From assembly GCF_013791765.1 (NCBI RefSeq), contig NZ_VMTC01000112.1: DNA of 64,000 nucleotides; one strand, given 5' to 3'. Position 1 is the first letter of the stretch, and each line of letters starts with the position of its first letter. Positions 59,501 through 64,000 of the stretch are shown in pieces. Origin of the DNA: Rhodoferax sp. Its GTDB lineage: Bacteria > Pseudomonadota > Gammaproteobacteria > Burkholderiales > Burkholderiaceae_C. The position numbers and the translations under genes were made by a program. Under the pieces are notes generated by a model. That model was given only the letters and a program-made list of their open reading frames with translations. It searched no databases and had not been told where the DNA came from.

Positions 59501-62500
59501 GCACCGTTCAAACCGGCGGTGTTCCGATTCTGCTGGACTTCAATTCTGAACTGATTGAGGCTTCGGTCGGACTGGCGACCGCCAATGTCGCTGGTATTGT
59601 GAGTTTGCAAGGCGGCTTTGCGTTCCAGAAACGCACGCTTGACCGTATCGGGTTTAACCTGGCAGGTATGGAGGTGATCGCACCGGCGGACGCACTCGTG
59701 GTTGCCGGCATGGATGTGCAGGCATTCGCTGGCTTCAACGGCCCATACAAGACGCTCAGCAAAGACCCCGCTACCGGCGCGTTGATTGCCAGCGAACCCA
59801 ATACCGATGCAGTGGGCTTCGCCATCGACAACCTCGATTTTGTTTTGGCCATGCTGACACCGTCCAAGGCCTCAGGTTTTGCGGTCCCCGGTGTAAATTT
59901 CTACAGCCTGTATGCCAGCGCCGACAAGGCCGGCCTGGTCGGCACTGACCCCTACCTGACGCTTGAGGGTACTGATGTCGTGCTCAAGCTCAATGGCGCG
60001 GTGGCTGGTGATTACCCCATTCCAAGCTTATACGTGGACTACACCGAGCTGCCCGGTGGCAAGCTGACCGTGCCGGTGGGCACGGCAGGTAACAATATCA
60101 GCCTGGACTACAACTCCAACCTGTTAGGCCTGCAGATCAATGCCAAGCTGGGCATTTTTGATTTGTTTGATATCAGCTACGACTTCAGTTTCGACTTTGA
60201 GATGCCCAGCATCAACCTGGGCAACCTGGGCTTGCCCAGCGTTACGCTGCCCAATTTTGATTTGCTGGACTTCAAGCTGCCGTCCTTGCAGTTGATGGAG
60301 TTTGAGCTGCCGTCCCTGCTCGACCTGCGCTTTGAAATTCCCAACTTCACTCTACCGACACTGCCGGGTGTGGACTGGGTTGCTCTGCTGGAGTTGCCCG
60401 GTTTCGATGTCAACTTGCCCACTTTCACCCTGCCGGCCTGGAGCAAGCTGGTCTTGAACTGGCCCAAGCTCGCCCTGGATTTCCCGTCAGTGGATTTCCC
60501 TGCGTTGCCCGATTTCCCGTCCTTGAACTTGTTTGGTTTGCCAAACATCGACTTGAGCCTGCCAGACTTCAGCCTTGGCATACCCAAGTTTGACATTGGC
60601 AGTCTGCGGGCGCTTTACGCAGCCTGGCCCGATTTGAGTCTGCAGTTTCCTGACATCGCTTTCCCGGCGCTGCCGGCGTTTCCGGACTTGTCGTTCGGAT
60701 TGGGCTTTGGCATGCCCGTGTTTGATTTGCCAAACCTGAATTTGCCTGATTTGCGCGCACTCTACGCGGCTTGGGCAAATATTCAAGTCAACTTCCCGGA
60801 TTTCAACTTGCCCGCCCTGCCGGCATTCCCTGATTTCGACATCTTTAATTTGCCGTCTCTCAACTGGGATGCGCCAAGAATTGATTTGTCGGCCTTGAGC
60901 AATCTGGTGCTGAACTGGCCTGACTTCAAACTCCAGTTTCCCGATATTGTTTTCCCAGAGCTGAGCCTGCCAGATTTCGGTCTGAGCATGCCAAGCTTCG
61001 ATTTGCCCACCGGCTTCATGCCGACCATCAGTCTGAAGGGCTTGACCGACCTTCTGCCGGAAATGCCCGATGTGGGCTTCCTCAAAGACGCGTTCAACTT
61101 CATCAGCAATCTCGACTTGTCCATCGGCTTTGACATCAACCTGGGCGTGATCGTTCTGGGCAAGATATCGTTACCCGACGTCAACCTGAGTTTGGGAGAT
61201 TTTGTACACCTCAGCGGTGACTTTGAGCTCAACCTGGGCAAGACCTTTAACGGCACCATGTACACCGGTCTGCCCGCTGACCTGAGCGTCCTGGAGTCCG
61301 CGCTGGGTAGCACTGCCGACACCATCATTGATGGCATCAAGAGCCTGGGTGGTATTTCTGCGGATTATTCACGCGTCAGCAATGTTGATTTCAAGGGCCT
61401 CACGCTGGGCGGCTCTGATATTTACGCCTTCATTGGCGCGGGCACACCTGATTTCACCCGGCCATTGTCAGAGCAAGCCGGTCTGACCGGTTTTGGTCTT
61501 GAAAATCTCGACCTGGGCCTTGGCATCTTTAAAGCCGATCTGCCGGACTTTTTCAAGGCGCAGAATTTTTATTCGCTGACGGCACATGCCGATCAACTTG
61601 GCACCTACGGCTTTGGCGACATCCTCAAACTCACCGCGCAAGACATCACGCTGCAAGTGAACGCAGGCGGGGAGTTGTTTGGTGGTGTCATGCGCTCACG
61701 CGCTGACTTCAAGACAACATTCCCCGCCGTGGTAGATACGGCGACGCCGACCAACAGTAAGCCGGTCGGTTACAAAATTGCCACGGGTGGCACGCCGGTT
61801 TACCTCGATTTTGGCGGCGAAGACATCATTGGACTGGACATTGGCATGGCCGAGATCCAGGTGTCCGAGTTCTTGAGCTTGCGCGGCTCGCTCGCTTTCC
61901 GCCAGGGAGAGCGTTTCACCGTGGACGTCAACCCAGGCGGGCTCTCCACGCTGCTGTCTGAACTGGGCACTGGCCCAACCATTCCCATGCAGGTTGAGGC
62001 GATGACTCTGGGCGGCGCCAACCTGACCGGTTTCGCCGGCGTGGGCGGCCCCTATCGCTATGGTGTAGACGCAAATGGCGACGGTCTGTTGGACAGCATC
62101 AATGACGGCGCGATCGGTTTGGCGATTGATGATGTGGACTTCGGTCTGGCCATCATGACGCCGACCTTGCTGACGGCCAGCCCCTCGCTCAAGGCCAATG
62201 CGCCGAAGTTCATTTCGGTCAAAGCCAGCGTGGGCGATGCGTTCCTCACCGGCATTGATGCGAGCTTGCTCGACGTCCAGGCGCATGACGTTGAGGTCAA
62301 TATCAACACCTTTGTCGTGCCCGGTGGCCCCATCCCCAATGCCGCCTTGCAGCTGATCGGCCCACCGTCGATCAACTACCAAACCAGTACCAGCTTCAAG
62401 AATTCGCCAGAAGATAAAAATGGCAACGGCGTTCTGGACGCAGGTGAAGACCGCAATGGCGACAACCACCTCGCTGCCTATGGCTTTGCAGTTCCGGCGG

Positions 62501-64000
62501 GCGGCAATAACGCGGTCATCATTGATTTCAATGAAGAAATCATACAGGCCAAGGTGGGTTACGCCCAAATTAACTTGGCCGGCTTTGTGCAGTTATCTGC
62601 CTCGATGGCATTCACCAAAAAAGGCTCGGAAACCGTCACGCTTTCCAATGGTGAAGTGACAGAAGTCAGCACATTGGCGATTGGCATCAATGATGCCTAC
62701 GGGTTTGTAGGTGTCGGCGCCTACTGGCGTGACACCAGTGCGGTAGGCACGCCAGGGTATGGCCGCATCGAAGAAACGGACACACCCGACACCAGTGCCG
62801 TTGGCCTGGCCATTGAAAACCTCGACTTGGGCGTCGTGGTGGCGCGCGAGCTCAAGATTGGCTTAGGCGGACTGACCGTTGGCGTCTATCTGGCCGCTCA
62901 AGCCAATATTGACACCATTGGATTGGTCGGCATCGACGACGTCACACTGCAGGCCACAGGTCTGCAGTTGGACCTCAATACCGGTGCGCGCACCGTGATT
63001 TCTTCGGGTTACGTCAAAGACGCGGCTACTGGCGCAGTCTCTTTTGACAATGCCAGCGCCACCTTTGCGCTCACCACCATCGACTTTTCCAAAAGCAACT
63101 GGAAAGACATGTCACTGGCCGTCAATCAAGACAGCGACCAGACCAATGATGTCGTGAACGCCGGTTATGCGATTCCTACCGGAAATCCGTCTGAGCCGAT
63201 CGTTCTTGACTATTCGGAGCAACTGCTTCGCATCTTTGGTCAAGCCAAACTCGACATGTTTGGCTTGGTCAAAATGGACGGTGTGCTGGACTTCCAGTTC
63301 AGCCAGAGTGAGGGATTGACGGTGTTTGCGGACGTCTCAGCCCGCATCGGCGCTGGTTCTTTTGCTATTGAAAGAGATGCGACTGGGCTGCTTGTCATCG
63401 GCAAGCGCAATGGCACGGTGGGTGCCGCGATGCGACTCGAACTCGATGGTGGCTTTGATCTGGGTAGTCTGGCCAGTTTGGACGTGAAGTTTGACCTGAC
63501 GCTCAACACCTTCGGTGAAACGATTGTTTACGACATCCCCGATGCCTTCAAAGCCGCGTTAGATACCGACACCAATTTGGCAACTGCACCTGCTCAGTTC
63601 CCCAACTGGCAGTACACCATCAGCGCCACGCCAACTGGAAAACCCAGTTGGACGGGCATGTATGTCCAGTTGTTGGGCCAAGGCAAACTTGACATGCTGG
63701 ACGGGGCTCTCAAGCTCAATGGAAATTTCGGAATCATCGTATCCGAAACCGGTATGGAACTAGGGGTCACTGCGACTCTGGATTTGCCCTTGCTCAATCC
63801 TTTGGATGTCACTGGCACCCTGGGCATTGTGCAGGCCGGCATCTACGGCAGTCTGCAAGTTGGTTCGCCAGGGCAAAAGCTGTTGGACATTGCCGGTGCA
63901 TTCTCGATTGAAGCCAGCGTCCTGCTGCAAATCAACACCACCAGTAGCGCTCAGTCGGTCAAGACACTCAAGCTTGATGCCAATAAGGCCATCCTGCGCG
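53563..64000 (+). CDS. Giant repetitive LEPR-x-LL-motif protein (putative secreted or surface protein), 5' part only: >3,479 codons, open to the window end
   Basis: GAGGGG lies 7 nt upstream of ATG 53563. I read the frame codon by codon from 53563 to about 60200 without meeting a stop. Beyond that I read it less rigorously, and no stop-terminated ORF in this frame appears in the track. The N-terminus is MKAVKRTVASRIRDALRRDAFRIEPLEPRVLLSADP. The body is Gly/Ala/Thr/Asp-rich repeated modules. Confidence 0.85.
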   Translation, partial: MKAVKRTVASRIRDALRRDAFRIEPLEPRVLLSADPIFAPMMAVLAPDRTDIQSITEAYAAAQASSSPSISVPLMARLLSSPAANSSAQTFAVDAVLFDLGQMSLQAGFLDTSLRVAANEVLGGSGSFNVDLFNTGLVSPGYSPGVQDVASFTQDASGTLLIELGGSTAGTGDGHYDQINISGAAVLGGTLNVALYGGYKPQDGETFTVMNYGSVTGKFDVGSGLLKTGDGLFFEVTQGATSLVLTAHTIDPSLGYVLDVLDGEPSDQIGQWLNFNYFQDIAPVAFAGSLNLGGNLTAQGQFTLAYNADESFTPIGGSALNTNVWSLSASNVDAFLGVSGQGLALGGLDLNLAFVQVDTAGYGWVLGQGLIDTATVSGLTGVSLQGTNLALDINWGYGNLPSGGANSSLLDLSLSPITVGSATFNSNGATGPYLLASGTLAGSVADVTLNATVGVSVLGDSFVMAGKNVTASLAAGGVAVGVSNGAFGFLADSSGMAFEATGALALTGGGFASVSADAVRVVINRTGTLQTGRVLSFAGDYSYTFADVVASSGLQAVGVVGLQASLGAGLNVSGNFSFEKDGSTNTMRVVAQGASAQVAAGSFKVGVQHANLGLTISAAGRVLEASGAISANLGEEMTLSASQVTLRLNETTDDASGAVISAAGQSYTFSSAMQAGMHELSIVGGELSLAGFVQASGSLAVRWAGQPASLSLADGTTRSVNQIWVAGTGLAAAVGLNAGKPEFVGFSATGLEFVLGLFSDTANTANQWTSLSGTMGGSKLSGLTGVTLAANALALTYNSASSGQRVADFTGSNAKGITLAGKTLNLSADGSKGELLQASGQLNLDLLGFVQVSGDFALESKTQAVTLADGSDVTTQMLTIGAKGVAAFVGLNGGQTEEMGLRVSDAEFGFVVASDQADPARRWVSLQAVATAASMQGVSGLKMTASDLLVSVNRAATDGSVIDYQAAPLGVVTDSGGTELLLDMDGSKGALTQVQVGRATLAVSDYIYVSGGFYMEMADTIAVDVATGLPATYPAGMNAALQTGLGKVDGLSADHSRIEDLQVKPLTLSFTDVDVFAGIGPYFVDANGNGLMDVGEVVNPDRMGITLDNIDLALVLMDSTLLADPDSVIPKFYALQLDWKTPLDVDWDYFKFQIDDLQVQANQGGQWKGAPTLSTPYIDFASSFGATGYEIPTSGDSVFLNYDKSFVGVSIGHALLNVGNFFQVEGSFALEKVGGQKVDVVTGLPSNLTGSPAASLASELTALKQKGYLSANNALLSDLPVDMLTIGASDVTITIGNPGDPLLVLDNIDVAFSTMKATADADPSRIIPRLYGAKAFWATPLDVDWGFMQLKVDDLQVQMNKGANWQGTQLSPYLDYQSSFGPSGLNVATGGAPISLDFNRSMFGVSVGHALVKIDDFFHLEGGFAIEKSSSVQVDIATGFNSRLEGGTALNSLVGKGLSVDGTRIDDLTMNAVTLGFSNVKLFAGSGPYFVDSNDDGVSDSTSSDAVGLVVENLDLGLVIYTAADASVTLPKLWALKATADQAAFVGVDFLTLSAEGVTVVANQGALWSGSTVKPYVDFASTYGADGLSISTGGDPMALAYQSGYFGVQVAKATLRIDEFVYVQGAFSFEKGQRQRVTVDTGITVTDIGMAATIASLSTSAGQGAVVSADWSTVSNLEVEAMTFGMNNVNVFVGYGVPDFDSVKPVKDQAGVFGVAIKDVDLALAILTPTAKSLNLPKFTALKATASEFVVAGGEGIFELSGNDIAVNLNWGSAWQAAPAKRATVDFVESFGAGGLLVPTGATPMALNFTETLIEAKVSSALLAISEFVHVSGDFSFRKSGTTETTVKQGLNSIAGVKVNAIDIGANNVHAFVGLNGPTSDVNLDGVINTDDLTDQAIGLKVNDFDFGLSILVAQADITKPTIAQGTKFTALKAHANDIAFVGFGDFIEFDLNDVSVAINQGSVAGMVADFTQGGSVAGRTVQTGGVPILLDFNSELIEASVGLATANVAGIVSLQGGFAFQKRTLDRIGFNLAGMEVIAPADALVVAGMDVQAFAGFNGPYKTLSKDPATGALIASEPNTDAVGFAIDNLDFVLAMLTPSKASGFAVPGVNFYSLYASADKAGLVGTDPYLTLEGTDVVLKLNGAVAGDYPIPSLYVDYTELPGGKLTVPVGTAGNNISLDYNSNLLGLQINAKLGIFDLFDISYDFSFDFEMPSINLGNLGLPSVTLPNFDLLDFKLPSLQLMEFELPSLLDLRFEIPNFTLPTLPGVDWVALLELPGFDVNLPTFTLPAWSKLVLNWPKLALDFPSVDFPALPDFPSLNLFGLPNIDLSLPDFSLGIPKFDIGSLRALYAAWPDLSLQFPDIAFPALPAFPDLSFGLGFGMPVFDLPNLNLPDLRALYAAWANIQVNFPDFNLPALPAFPDFDIFNLPSLNWDAPRIDLSALSNLVLNWPDFKLQFPDIVFPELSLPDFGLSMPSFDLPTGFMPTISLKGLTDLLPEMPDVGFLKDAFNFISNLDLSIGFDINLGVIVLGKISLPDVNLSLGDFVHLSGDFELNLGKTFNGTMYTGLPADLSVLESALGSTADTIIDGIKSLGGISADYSRVSNVDFKGLTLGGSDIYAFIGAGTPDFTRPLSEQAGLTGFGLENLDLGLGIFKADLPDFFKAQNFYSLTAHADQLGTYGFGDILKLTAQDITLQVNAGGELFGGVMRSRADFKTTFPAVVDTATPTNSKPVGYKIATGGTPVYLDFGGEDIIGLDIGMAEIQVSEFLSLRGSLAFRQGERFTVDVNPGGLSTLLSELGTGPTIPMQVEAMTLGGANLTGFAGVGGPYRYGVDANGDGLLDSINDGAIGLAIDDVDFGLAIMTPTLLTASPSLKANAPKFISVKASVGDAFLTGIDASLLDVQAHDVEVNINTFVVPGGPIPNAALQLIGPPSINYQTSTSFKNSPEDKNGNGVLDAGEDRNGDNHLAAYGFAVPAGGNNAVIIDFNEEIIQAKVGYAQINLAGFVQLSASMAFTKKGSETVTLSNGEVTEVSTLAIGINDAYGFVGVGAYWRDTSAVGTPGYGRIEETDTPDTSAVGLAIENLDLGVVVARELKIGLGGLTVGVYLAAQANIDTIGLVGIDDVTLQATGLQLDLNTGARTVISSGYVKDAATGAVSFDNASATFALTTIDFSKSNWKDMSLAVNQDSDQTNDVVNAGYAIPTGNPSEPIVLDYSEQLLRIFGQAKLDMFGLVKMDGVLDFQFSQSEGLTVFADVSARIGAGSFAIERDATGLLVIGKRNGTVGAAMRLELDGGFDLGSLASLDVKFDLTLNTFGETIVYDIPDAFKAALDTDTNLATAPAQFPNWQYTISATPTGKPSWTGMYVQLLGQGKLDMLDGALKLNGNFGIIVSETGMELGVTATLDLPLLNPLDVTGTLGIVQAGIYGSLQVGSPGQKLLDIAGAFSIEASVLLQINTTSSAQSVKTLKLDANKAILR

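Overview
High-GC (by eye about 60-65%) proteobacterial chromosome segment. Gene content and protein sequences look betaproteobacterial, Comamonadaceae-like; this is inference, since no search could be run. Roughly the first 53 kb is ordinary core genome. In order it holds: the 5' part of a Pil-Chp twitching-motility chemosensory operon (rubredoxin-pilG-pilH-pilI-pilJ), hemL, a decayed glucose-type ABC uptake operon beside an intact ROK glucokinase, trxC, hexR-zwf and the divergent tal-pgi, groES-groEL with a perfect CIRCE operator, tRNA-Ser, PilZ and SlyX proteins, a receiver-TPR protein, tRNA-Asn, a 7TMR-DISM GGDEF cyclase, a probable SRP RNA, dnaX-ybaB-recR, mltD-gloB, rnhA, an RND efflux pair, moaA-mobA-moeA, membrane H+-PPase plus soluble PPase, a wax-ester-synthase/hydrolase pair, cheW and tRNA-Arg. 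The accessory-looking part starts right after tRNA-Arg. An AT-rich 0.5-kb leader is followed by one giant ORF (ATG 53563) that is still open at 64000 (>3,479 codons), so it is missing from the ORF track. It has an N-terminal LEPR-x-LL motif, at least 12 diverged modules of about 150-220 aa, and a block of about 277 aa of LPxF-type repeats with a roughly 5-residue period. This is the best candidate for something undescribed, but its 3' end and neighbours lie outside the window. Other non-routine signals: a dispersed AT-rich element with a fixed bipartite core (GCCTCTAGCCC-N18-TAGCTAT), one copy of which sits in frame inside moeA; a 167-bp MITE-like element with about 39-bp inverted ends starting at the recR stop codon; a nested-palindrome plus microsatellite element inside the decayed ABC operon; an A9 slippery tract in dnaX with stops in both alternative frames; and an SRP-RNA domain IV motif hidden in the apparent N-terminal extension of the GGDEF ORF. 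No CRISPR array, rRNA, transposase or recognisable defence system was seen.
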